From contig OZ281495.1 of the NCBI GenBank assembly GCA_965637545.1, positions 13,950,001 to 14,014,000 of the forward strand: DNA of 64,000 nucleotides, read 5' to 3'. Made by a program: the position numbers and the translations under genes. Below the pieces are notes generated by a model. The model worked only from the letters and a program-made list of their open reading frames with translations. It ran no database searches and was not told the origin of the DNA. Below are positions 23,549 to 34,903 of this stretch, in pieces. Position 1 is the first letter of the stretch; each line of letters opens with the position of its first letter. This DNA is from Phallusia mammillata. Taxonomy: Eukaryota.

Positions 23549-26500
23549 TTGGATTTACTAAACTGCTACAAAGTAGTAAAGGATTGCGTACTACTTAAAG
23601 AATTACTGGATGCTGTCTCTTTACTGCTGACATTGCTAAAGAAGTCTGACGACAACTCGGATATCATAACAGCATTTTTTAATCTATTGGTTGGAATTAC
23701 AACATTAAACCGCACGGAAGTAAGCAAAGTTATAACTCTTCTTAATCGAGCAGCGTTTCATTTCTGGCGACAACCTGCTGAGGATTTTGCAAGATTAGTA
23801 GAAAGGGCAACTGCTTTAGTCTGCAGAACGGAAACACTCGATGTAAAGGAGTTTGACAGTTTTCTGTGTAAATCTGTTGAAAAAATCTTGAAGATATCTC
23901 CTCGATTGGCCTTTAACAGGCAGACGACTATGATGATACGAAAAACTCTAGAAACCATTGGTAATGAAAGACAATACCCTACCTGGTGCATTCCCGAAGA
24001 TCACATTAATCTGCGAACAGCATTGATCAACTATTGCACAAATATAGGTGATGTATCCGATGCCTTGGAAGCATTGGAGCCAACGTCACCAAGAGGAGGT
24101 AAATCGGTGTTTTTTCTCAGACTCTCGGCAGCCGAATCCCTCAGAAAGGACGAAAAGCTTTCAGAAGCAATGTTCGCTTGCAACTTGGCGTTAACAACCG
24201 TTGCTGACATTACATCTATTTCGCACTCTGAAAGGGATTTCTTACATGCCAAGGCAATGTCGTCGATCGCACGAATTTTTGCTGAACAAAATCAAACTGG
24301 GGCGGCTTACCGTGCTTGTAAACAATCCATTGACTTTCTACGATCGCTTCCAATCAAGCACGAATTCGCAGTTGACCAGTACATAGCACTGTTGTTTGAC
24401 GTAGCAGAGATGAGTAAGGCGCTGGGCGTAACTTACGAATTTTACTACCACGGCCAAGCTTTGGTCGGTCAAATCGCTTCTTTGTCTTTAAACCATACAA
24501 ACAATACAAATTTGCTGTTGCTTTTGGAAATTACAAACCCGTTGTTTAGCGAGCTGCAAACAGTTACATCAAGTCAACTTCAACTTCTTCGTAAAGTCAG
24601 TCAGTCGCCGGCTTTCATTAATTGGAGGCATCAGGGTAATGAAAAAGCGGCAGTAGACCTGGTTTCAGTCTTGCTTACACGCATTTTTACAACTTTCAAA
24701 TACCTGTCAGAAGATGTCAACCCCGAACCTCTATTTAAAGCATTACGGGACACCATTGAGCACGATTTGATTCCGTGTGCTAAACTTCCAAGCAAGGAGG
24801 AAACGCAGGTCAGTTAAACATAATCAACACTAAATACCAGGGCTACTTAAATAATGTTGTCAATGGTCCACAAGCGAAAGGTACAAATCAACGAGCTCCT
24901 TTTTGTGCTAGCACTTCAAGTTGATGGCGGTTTGAGAGCGACGAAAATTTTCGTTGCGATTTGATAGGAGATGTCATTTTTGTTTGTCTTTAATAGTTTG
25001 AACTCGCCGAATTGAAGAGGTTTCTAATTTGTTTAAGTTTGGTTCCCAGGTTATTGGCACAACATTGGCAAATTTCAGATTTGTTTTAGGATTAGTTGGA
25101 TATCGTAGTTCTATGTCTAAGGGCTTATATTTTTGTTTCTAGATCAGGGACTTTTAAGCCTCCTTTATTTTTTTACATCAACCATCTGTAAAAGTTTCAT
25201 CCAAAAACATCAAACATTTTATTGAACAAAAGAGGGTGAACAAACTGCAGGAAACAAAACAACAAAACATATCGAGTAACAATCAAAATATGTCCCCTTC
25301 CCACCGTAAAGGCCTGCAAACAACCTATAAATTTTTTGGTGTCTGTAACTTATGCCACAGCACAAAGTAAACATTTATTTGCATTGTAGGCTATATGCAG
25401 CCATACTATTTCTGTTACTTTCTTAAGTGTATAAAATGACTTTCGGTTGTACCTTTGTGGATTCAAACCAACGCGTTTTGCAGGAGTCGGTCCGCGTTCT
25501 ATCACAGAAAATTCCAGTGATGAAGTTCATCGAAACGCAACTAATCGTGGCGACAATGTACAAGAGAGCTGGTCGTGCGTCAGACTCCAAAATTTGGTTC
25601 AAAGCAGCGTTGAAAGATATTCAAAGCAATGAACCAATTTATTCCCACATCAGCAAGAGGTGCATATTTAATTTGTTACGGGATTAAAAGTTTTGCATGT
25701 GTGAAAATTTTCGAGGTCTTCGAGCAAAAATGCCTAACTTCACCATGTTTATGTATGACTTATCCCGCTTAACCTAAACCCGACTCTTCAATGTTTTTTT
25801 TTTACTTAACAACTTCCGAAAGTGTGTCAAGATTAACTTTAGTATTATCTTATATAGTTACACACAATGTCTGATGGGCCTCAGCTGGTGCGGCATGGAG
25901 TTGAAAAAAGTCGACAAAGCTTGGGAGCACTTGATAACGGCATTTGAGGTGTCTTTAAGAGTCGCCAACGACACATCGCGACATTTGGAGATGACAAGCA
26001 TTTGCCGGACGGAAACACGCACGAAGCAAACCTGGGACGATGCCATGTCCTATTTGACCGACTTTACAGAAGTTAAAGCCATTTGTAGTGACTTAAAACG
26101 ACGGAGAAGCACGACAAAAAAGCGGTTTCAAGTCGGTGCTGAAACGAGCCGAAGCAAGTCGTTTGTGGTATTAAGACCGTCGTGTGTCAAGTAGTTACAA
26201 TATTTCGATTGAAAATTGTCACGCCACTTACTTGTTTCCTTAAAATGCAACACAAGCAAACCTGCCAGATTTGTTTATTCGACTGTCGAAAGTAGTAAGA
26301 AACCGTTCCTTAAAATTTTGTTTTAAGTTGTTTACATATCATCTATTTCCAAAAAAATACGACTCAAACGCATGCTCTATTGGCTTTACACTGCGTACTG
26401 TTGTGTTTGATTAAAATGCAAAACCTATTTTCATGCTATCACGTTTTTGCAACATGTCATACCTGTTTAAATATGTTACACTGTTTGCATATTTAGTTGT

Positions 26501-27244
26501 GTCGCGTTTGGAAATGTCACATAGCCGATGAATCAGATTAGCTGAATCTGGTAGGCGCGTGACTCGGGTTAGCCCCAAGGGAAAAAGTCTAAAATGCAGC
26601 TAGTCCACGCTTTTACTGCGGCAGCAACTAAACTGTAGGGCAGTAATCGTTTCCAACAGCCACTTTGTCGAGCAGACGTCACTCGCATCGCGGATGATGA
26701 CGCATGCGATTCTCGCAACTAACGTGCCATATCCTGTGCGCACTGACAACAGCATATTTACAGTGCAAGCCGGACTTAGCAGACTAAAACGAAAAATCGC
26801 AACAGCAGCAGCAAGCACTTTTTGCCAGTCAGCTTTATGAGGCATAAGCGACCTCGTTAGTACGGTCAAAAGGCTGAGTAAACATCATTAGGTTTATTTA
26901 GGTCAGAAACAGAAACGCCCTTACATGAAGGTCCACTGAGTAAAATAACCTTGGTCTATGATTTTGATGTACTGTACCAGCAGAGTCGATTTGCAGGTAG
27001 TTTTGCGCAGGAAAATAACTTGATCGGTATTTGAGAAGGCGCTACTTTTGACTGCGCCAAGTGTGACATAACTGTTTAAAGTGGCACCTGGTCAGTTCAA
27101 GTAATAAAGTGTAGCTAAAGGGCGGCTTCATCCAGTAAAAACGCCTGAAGCAATGACACAAGGATGACGTAATGTTACTTTAAACGCGTGTCCTTTGTCA
27201 GGTCTTAAACAGAGGCTGGTAACAGGAACAAGGTAGTGTCAAAA

Positions 27245-28815
27245 ATGGCGGCCTTGCAATCTGGCCGAAAATTGCGCGCAGTATTTGTGGTGACCAGACA
27301 CGGTCAACGAACGCCCTGCTTTTGTCAAAGAGTTCACCGTGCTTAACGAAGCGTTGCAAGACGACCTGCTTACTCATCCGTGTCACGCCATAGTACCCAT
27401 AGAACTGCGCAGCTTGGAAGGGGGTCCAGCTCCGACCAGTGTATTTGATAAAATGCACAAAGAAAACGGATTTTTGTACGGTGGTACTTGCCTTCCTGGA
27501 CAATTGACCGGTAAAGGCGCCGACGCACAGTTTAGAATTGGAAAATGGCTTCGTAAACGCTACGTGGAAGATGATAAGTTGATATCGCCGAAATATGTGA
27601 AAGAGGAGATTTTTGTGCGATCCAGCAACATGAGGAGAACTGTGCTGTCTGCCAGAAGCGTTTTAGCAGGTCGGTAGGGAAATGCTTTTTAATGCTAACC
27701 TCGTATCATGCATAAAAATGAGTATACGTTCAAACAGCTAATATCGAAACACGTTTTGCGAAGGTTTGTATCCTGGTCACCATAAACAAAAGATTCCCAT
27801 TCATGTAACTACGTTTGAGGAAGAAATTATTCAGCCGAAAACAGCCTACTCTTTGTCTTTCCGTAACCAAGAACTTGTTGAAAGCAAAGAAGCGAAGAAA
27901 CTTGTAAGCAAAAAGACACACTGTATAATTTGAATCTGATGCCTTAAATTTGATTACTTTTAAGGGTGAAGAAATTGGAGAATTTCTTCAAACAGATACT
28001 GAAGTGGATGTATTCTGTTTGGCAGACAACGTTTTGTCTCTGGAAGAACTTGGCATAAAAAGCAAAGTCATGGAATCGCCTTTGTGGAACAAAGCTTATG
28101 AGATTGCTAAACGATTTATGCAATCATATGCTGTTGGGACAAACGGGCGAGAGTGAGTGAAAACGCTTGTCTATGCGTTATTTTATGGTTATTATACCTT
28201 TAGGACTAAGGACTGTACGGTTTTTGTTTTCAAACTCCTTTAAAATTTAATCGTCTGTTTTGTTTATTACAAATGCAAACACAGCGGATAAACATTGTAA
28301 TATCTTATTTTTGTTGTCCGAAAAGATACTTTTATGGACATAAATTAGTTATTTGCTTTAGATTTTTTAAGGAATATTCCAGGGCAGGTACAGATTGTAA
28401 ATAGAGTTATTTTTCGAACAGACGTGAAGCATTGCAATCTGGATTTGGAGCGCTGCTGGATTTCATCGTCACAAACATACAAGGTGTACTAGAAGAAAAA
28501 ATCTCTCACAAATTGTTTTTGATAGGCGGCCACGATCAAACCGTGTTACGTACTCTGCAGTCAGTCGGATTATCCGAAAATGACCTGCCGCCAACCAATT
28601 CTAAAGTGATTATTGAAGTCTATGACAAAGACCTTGAAACATCCCCGACGCAACACGTCAGCGTTAAGTTCTACAGAAGTGAAGAAAACCAACTTTCACA
28701 GAAGGAAAAAGATTTTACAGTTGAGGAATTTATAAAGACCGTGTCTCCATATCGCATAACTTTGGATGCATACGTACAGCGGTGCAAACGATTTGACCGC
28801 AACAACCAACCTTAA
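27245..28815 (+). pseudogene. ACP6: Lysophosphatidic acid phosphatase ACP6-like, copy A, +1 frameshift
   Basis: RHGQRTP is followed by tgctTTTg (4 T at 27320-27323, vs 3 T in copy B), giving an early TAA. Downstream exons are intact (GQLT, LRKRYVED, RSSN, GHDQT). A homopolymer sequencing error is possible. Confidence 0.75.
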
Positions 28816-29370
28816 CCCCTTAACGACGACCATATAACTCAGTGTATATAGGAAAAAAATATTTGGTACGCGTCGGCTATTATAAAGCATTTGGAGAGAA
28901 GACACAATATTTGCACCCCATTTTTTATCGCATTTTGGGAGGTACTTGCCCGCTGCGACGAATTCGGCACATTCGTCCATCAAGATAAAAATAATTGCAA
29001 ACATTTTCGCATATGCATCTCGTAGTTAATCGTACACTATTAGGTTTGAATAAAAAGGTTTGCATTATTACGTAATCATATCGACAAGGATGATACCGAA
29101 ACCAGTTTATGATGTCACATACTTCTGTGACGTCATAATTTATTCAAATCCCGTTATTTTATGTCAAATTTGTTTCGTTTGAAACCACTTCGAGATTGCC
29201 TTTTCAATATTCGTCACCTTCTTTTTGTGCGTTTCTAACAAAAGCGAAACGAACCGTCCCAGTCGGCATAGATTTTAATATTTCCAAATATGCAATTTTA
29301 CGACAAATGCAAAGTAAGTACACTTGTTCTAGAACATGTGTATTAAGCTAACAAGCTTCGATAGTCGGCC

Positions 29371-30545
29371 TATGGAACACATAGACCACACTATGGAACA
29401 CATAGACCACACTATGGAACATATAGAGCAGAAGGCACTTACAACCTTCCACACGTCGCCGACGTCATTACCGACAGTAACGTGGTCCACACATTTCACA
29501 CACACCTGAACACCATATCACCTACAATAGCTTTCACCGTGGAAACCGAACAACACGATACCATTGCGTTTTTGGATGTGGCTGTCACTAGGCAGCCAGA
29601 CCAAAAGCTCACCACAAACATTTACAAGAAGCCCACCAACACTGATCGCTACCTACACTACACGTCTTACCATCCACGGCACCAAAAACTTACAGTTGCC
29701 AAAACGCTTTACAACAGAGCCACAACTCACATCAAGGATACGGTTATTCACAAACACGAATGCAAAAATATTGCACGCGTGTTAAAGAATAACGGTTTCC
29801 CGCGCAACTTACACCACATGACCCATAACACAACCACCTCACAAAACAGACAGTTTAGATCATTCACTTGCTTACCTTAGGTCCAGGGTGTATCGGAGCG
29901 CCTAAAACGAATATTGAACGATGCTGGGGTAAAAGTGGCAATGAAACCCTTTAAACCGATTGGACAGTTGTTACCAAAACCAAAAGATGCCACTATACCA
30001 CAACATCGTACAGGAGTTGTTTACCAGGTCCCTTGCCGTGATTATGATATGCCGGGTATACATTGGTCAAACTAAGCGGAATCTAAATTCACGTCTCAAG
30101 GAACACAAAGTGGCAGTCAAAAACATGGATGTTAACAAGTCCGCCTTATGCGAACACGTTTTTGTATGTGATCACCGCATCAATTGGAAGTTTTAAAACA
30201 GGAACCTAATTGGTCGAAAAGATTGGTCTTTGAAAGTTGCCACATAAATTCTAATCCAAATGTTTTAAACCGTAACGACGGCAAAAACCTCAGCGCAGTT
30301 TTCCGCGACATTTTGCGTCCGACTTCCTCTTCAAATATCGGACATTAGTTACGCACTGTCACAATATAGCACACTCAACCCATCACGGAAAGCCTTTGTT
30401 CTCTTATAATTACTTTACGCTATATCCCGCTGTGCTTGTGCATTTTCGCTTGTGGTGCTCGCATTATTTCGTTTATTGCTCTGATGAAGCCCTACCGTTC
30501 TGGGCGAAACGTTAGCGAAATACAAGTTATTAAAAACAACAATTA
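29371..30545 (+). mobile_element. 5'-truncated, decayed Penelope-like element (RT C-terminus plus GIY-YIG), copy A; YVDD motif deleted
   Basis: MEHIEQKAL, FLDVAV, YKKPTNTDRYLHY.SYHP, LP*VQGVSE, VVYQVPC and YIGQTKRNL..RLKEH. The WLRYVDD segment seen in copy B is missing at ~29460. A 21-bp unit is duplicated at the 5' end. Confidence 0.88.
30474..30522 (+). ncRNA. Minimal type I hammerhead ribozyme (PLE-type)
   Basis: tattGCT-CTGATGA-A-GCCC(taccgttct)GGGC-GAAAC-GTT-AGCgaaata. Core, stem II and stem I are all present, with a GUU triplet. Confidence 0.8.
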
Positions 30546-31993
30546 GTATTTTGTTTAGCATTACACCAGTTGAACGACAAATTTGTTAAAAAAACGCGTG
30601 GTGGTAAACTTTTGTTGGAGACCGCTGTGAAAGCCCTTCTAATGTTTTTTTTCGTTTGGCCAAATTGGATGCAAACGATAAACCTGGTAATCGTAGGTAA
30701 AAATGTTTAGAAAAAGGGACAAAACAAAGTATATGGGTTTAGACGCCGAAGACGATTGTGCACAAGAAAATACAACTCACCAGTACCAGAGAAATTTACA
30801 AAAACAAACAAACAAACAAACATTTGTCTAACTGTCGATTTTGCCTTTTTTTTAAGAGTTTCTACCTTTATTCTTTTATGCGTTATTATTGTAAAGGAGA
30901 TCCATACAACTTGCAGGACGTTTTTAGCACAGCATGTAGATTGTAGAGAATTACAACAAAACCAGTCATTTGTTTTGGATGTTCTGTTTCTGTGTAGGGA
31001 GGGAGTTGAACCCAAAGTCTCTCTATCAAACACAAGTTGTCGCACGAGAATTCATGGAGCGTGAAATGGGGCGACTTTGCACGCTTTTAACACTGATCTC
31101 TACAAACCCTGGATTGCGCTACTCCGTTGAACGGTTGGGTGGTTTTTGAAGCAAATTGAAGCGTAATGGCGGCTGAAAAGGAAGCCCCAAAAATGCATTG
31201 CGGACAATGGGGAGAGAGTGGAAAAAAGTCGATAAATTTTGTTTTAGGCAGTTTTGTGGCGATTTTTTCAGATATGATCAGTAGTTTAATAGGACGCATG
31301 TCTTCCAGTGTGTAATAACCTATAAATATGCGCAGATTGACTGTGAGGTGTAAGTATGTGTACTGGGAATTAAAACGTTTTTAAGTTAGTGTTGAAATAA
31401 ATCTTTACTGAGTTGTAATAAATGTTTTTTTGGTTCAATATGAGTAGTTTACATGCGTTCCTATATATTTAAGACATAAATCCAACAAGAATGGCTCTTT
31501 CCTTCACACATGATGATGTGATACTTCATTTAACATCATCTTGTGCTGATCCAAACTGCTGTTTTTGATTGTCACCAAAGTCTTGGAACTAAAATGTGAC
31601 TTTAAAGTTTTTTAAAAGTTTGTTGCAGTAGGTTTAACATTTTTACTTGTATGCTACCAACTGTAAACCTAGTATGCTCATTTTTTTAGCTTATTTAATG
31701 TAACCTCAGTTTGCAACCAACATGTGTAGAATAAATTTTTGGTAAAATGTTTCGAATTCTCAAACTTAACTAAACTCCAAAATCTCAAAGAGATACATGT
31801 ACATAAATGCATTTAAGACCTCACACCCAAATGAGATGCCTATTTATGTACTATTTTAGTCTGAATCATGACATATTGTTTTATTTCTATTTCATTTCCA
31901 CTCAATATGCAATTTCCTGCAAAAAAAAACATGCCTACACAACACTCCAACACTTAAATTCTTTCTTGCAAAACAGGAATGAAGGCAACGATT

Positions 31994-32391
31994 AACCGTT
32001 TGTGTTTATCTTAAACCGTTTAACATCTGGAGCTTGTATACCATTGGTTGACTGCGCAAAAATCATGTTTAAAGCGGTCACGCCCTGCATTCGCTTATGA
32101 TGCACGCCTCTCATTTACGAGGTTATGATCAGATTCAAACGACATTTTGTATGCCTTTACTGGATGTATTTTAGAGTTGACCTGTGAAAACCGTTTGTGT
32201 TTATCTTAAACCGTTTAACATCTGGAGCTTGTATACCATTGGTTGACTGCGCAAAAATCATATTTAAAGCGGTCATGCCCTGCGTTCGCTTATGATGCAC
32301 GCCTCTCATTTACGAGGTTATGATCAGATTTAAACGATATTTTGCAAGCGTTTACTGAATGTTGTTTAGAGTTGGCGTGTAAAAACCGTTT
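31994..32391. repeat. Tandem duplication, 195-bp period (two copies plus a short start of a third)
   Basis: aaccgtttgtgtttatcttaaaccg starts at 31994 and 32189; aaccgttt occurs again at 32384. Confidence 0.9.
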
Positions 32392-32462
32392 CCATATACC
32401 TCAAGCCGTTAGTGGTCTCAAACACGTTAAAGCCTGCACTAATCAAAATGATGAAACACCAA

Positions 32463-32581
32463 GGGCAGGAACTTGGCCGAATGGTCCGGCGCGCCTGACC
32501 CACATACAGACATAAAAAAACTGATCTGGATTCGTCCCCGGGAGAGTCCTGGGTTCGAACCCCGTGAAAAAAAAAAATAAA
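32463..32581 (+). mobile_element. Short tRNA-derived SINE with polyA tail and 18-bp TSD
   Basis: A-box TGGCCGAATGG, B-box GGTTCGAACCC and an A-tail. TSD aaaatgatgaaacaccaa at 32445-32462 and 32582-32599. Confidence 0.85.
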
Positions 32582-32902
32582 AAAATGATGAAACACCAAA
32601 TGCACAGTGAGGACAACACTTTATTGATGGAAAAAGCACCTTATGAACCCAATTTCCACACTTCAACATTTTCAAGTTGAGTCCCATAGTTATATGAAAG
32701 CAGAAATAAATGGGAAGAGAACAAATAATTACATTCACAGCAATTGGTTGATTGGTCAGTTAAAACTTGCATTTACAAGTACATAGTACATACGAAACAA
32801 GGATCTTTAAGTAAACAGACTAAAATAAAACAAAAAGGTGAAACAATATTGTACAGCTGAAAATGTAATGATTAGCTGAATTATCAAGAAAATTAAACCG
32901 GA

Positions 32903-33265
32903 TGTAACGGACAGTAACGCTCCCCAATAGCAAGAACTTTTCCCGCCGTTGTAACCCGTGACCTATACGTTCATTGTGACGACATAACTGCCAACTTTAT
33001 GTGCGTCCTGCTTTCTCGGTTTCTTGTCTCTGCACGTGTAGCCCAGTCATTGTTTCAGCAGTATCTAAGTCTGTGGTGTTGTATTAAACTTTGCTGAGGT
33101 GGATAATTTTATGTTATATAAGGTAAATTGTTTGGACTGTTTGTAATTGTGACGTTTTGATTCTATTTAAATAAGGTGGTCAAAAATCCGTTTTAAATCA
33201 CTGAAAATAAAGTGCATCTGAAACCGGCTATCTTATTCTGCCAGTCAAGAGACTGAAAGGTAGAA
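32903..33265 (+). repeat. 5' LTR (363 bp shared portion)
   Basis: Matches 38961-39276 except for two substitutions seen by eye and a 47-bp segment absent from the 3' LTR. It is directly followed by the gag ATG at 33266. Confidence 0.88.
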
Positions 33266-34903
33266 ATGTCTGATGAAAGAGAAAATGTTCCTTCTACATC
33301 GCAGGAACTGTTTGACGTGATTGATGTTGTCAGGCAAGAACCAGCTAATGAAGGCGTCCAATCTGCTAAAGGTTCTGTGCGAAGTGTCAAGAGCACTGCC
33401 AGTGCGCGTGCTCGCCGTGAAGCCGAAGCTGCAGCATTGAGGCTGGAACAACTTAAACGGCGATGTGCTCTTAGGTCCAAGGCGTTGGACATGGAACTGG
33501 AACTGAAAGCCAGAAAACAAAATTTGGACACGGAACTGAAACTGAAAGCCAGAAAACATAATTTGGACACTTAACTGAAAGCCAGAAAACAAAATCTGGA
33601 AATGGAACTCGAGTTGGAGTTAGACAAAGCCCAAGAAGAATTCGAGTTGGCCGAGTTTGCTGCTGATACAGTAAGCGAGTTTGACTCATGTGAGTCTTCA
33701 CATGGATGGGATCATACCCCGATCAAAAAGCCTAACCCTGTAGTGCTAGTGGAACACGCAAAGGTTTCTGCAAAGGCACAGGACTACAATCAGGAAGTAA
33801 CGCCTAACATTTATAAGCATACAAAGGCGTTAACGCGTGCCCAAAATGAACAACCATCGAAAGCTATTTCAGAACGAACAACGAATGTGAACTCGACAGA
33901 CAAACCACTTGCGCCAGCCAAGTCACAGGTTTCTGTCGGGCCTTCTCGAGTCCTCCCAGCGAAGGCAGAGGGATTCGGTCCTGTGGTTGCCACCTGCGCA
34001 GAAGCCACTGGGGCCGGCACATTTCAAAAGGAGCATCAATATGCAGCAATAAAACCTTGCCCTCATGGTCCACCGGCGACCACTGAGAATTGGTATGTAA
34101 TTGCAGAAACTATAAAACAAGGTTTCAATTTACCGAAACTGTCATTGATGAAGTACGACGGCGACCCTATTAACTATCACAAGTTTATGAACGACTTCGA
34201 TCGGCAGATAAACAAGGCGTATTTATCTGATGCTGTAAAGCTGGGATATCTCTGTGAATTTTGCACTGAAAATGCTCTGACCAACATTTTGGAATGCAAA
34301 AGCATGCCTCCCGAATTAGGATACAGGGAGGCATTGGATATACTCCACAGGAGACATGGGAGATTAGACCTTGTAGTTAGAGCGCATATGGACAGATTGA
34401 CGCAACGCCCACAATTAAAGGATAGCGACTTCCAGGGCTTGCAACAGTTTCGTGCACAAGCTGCAGAAAGTTACAAGTTATTCAGTCAATGGGACTGTAA
34501 ATACACGCTCGATCTGCCTCAAAATGTTGAGGCCGTTGTGCAGCGCTTGCCGCAGAGGGCAATTAGACGGTTCATCACTAAATCATCCGAACTTCGTTTA
34601 CGAAATCAACCAGTAACCTTTTAAGCCTTATTGGATCTTTTGGAATTGTTGGTAGAGGATACACTCTCGCCAATGATGAGGTTTATTTCCGACGAGGAAC
34701 GTAAGTCAAGGAGCCAAGTTACCAATAAAGGCAAGTTCCCGGGTCGAGTCGCAGCTACATACTCGACAGTGTCGGGTGAAGACTCATTTGTGAATCAGGA
34801 TCTACGACGAACCCTTACATGCCCCCAATGTGGGTCGTCACATTTTTTGTGGAAATGTGAGGCCTTTAAGAGCCAACCGGTAAAGGAACGTCATGCCCTA
34901 TAG
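33266..34903 (+). pseudogene. BEL gag region, interrupted (stops at 33572 and 34622, frameshift at ~34902)
   Basis: LPKLSLMKYDGDPINYHKF (DUF1759-like) and a CPQCGSSHFLWKC knuckle. A tandem ELKARKQNL repeat lies at ~33495-33610. Confidence 0.8.

Larger units (their letters stand above)
19847..26194 (+). pseudogene. DUF294/GlnE-like Pol-beta nucleotidyltransferase plus TPR-like repeats, copy A, disrupted by a LINE fragment
   Basis: Predicted exons 19847-19862, 20414-24808, 25484-25659 and 25858-26194. NTase motif LGLGSLARLEVTPFSDFE, then a helical substrate-binding-like region NVKKDLYR...LRTAVAIANFSR, then TPR-like segments (LGRCFYSKSQHEIACRHF; LGELYERDNMYDKAIDSYALA). The frame is broken at 23009 by the insertion. 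The start exon is inferred. Confidence 0.8.
7752..31075 (+). repeat. Segmental duplication, copy A
   Basis: Colinear homology to 39301-61579 begins at atggtagtttcagattg (7752 vs 39301). It is last seen at gaaatggggcgac (31075 vs 61579). Confidence 0.95.

Noticed and set aside
30700-31064. Overlapping ~100-aa ORFs on both strands, repeated in the array units
   Set aside because: Low-complexity AT-rich frames. Their recurrence is explained by the duplication, not by coding constraint.
33193-33701. Minus-strand ORFs with repeated FSGFQ/FWLSV motifs
   Set aside because: Antisense shadows of the tandem ELKARKQNL repeat in BEL gag.
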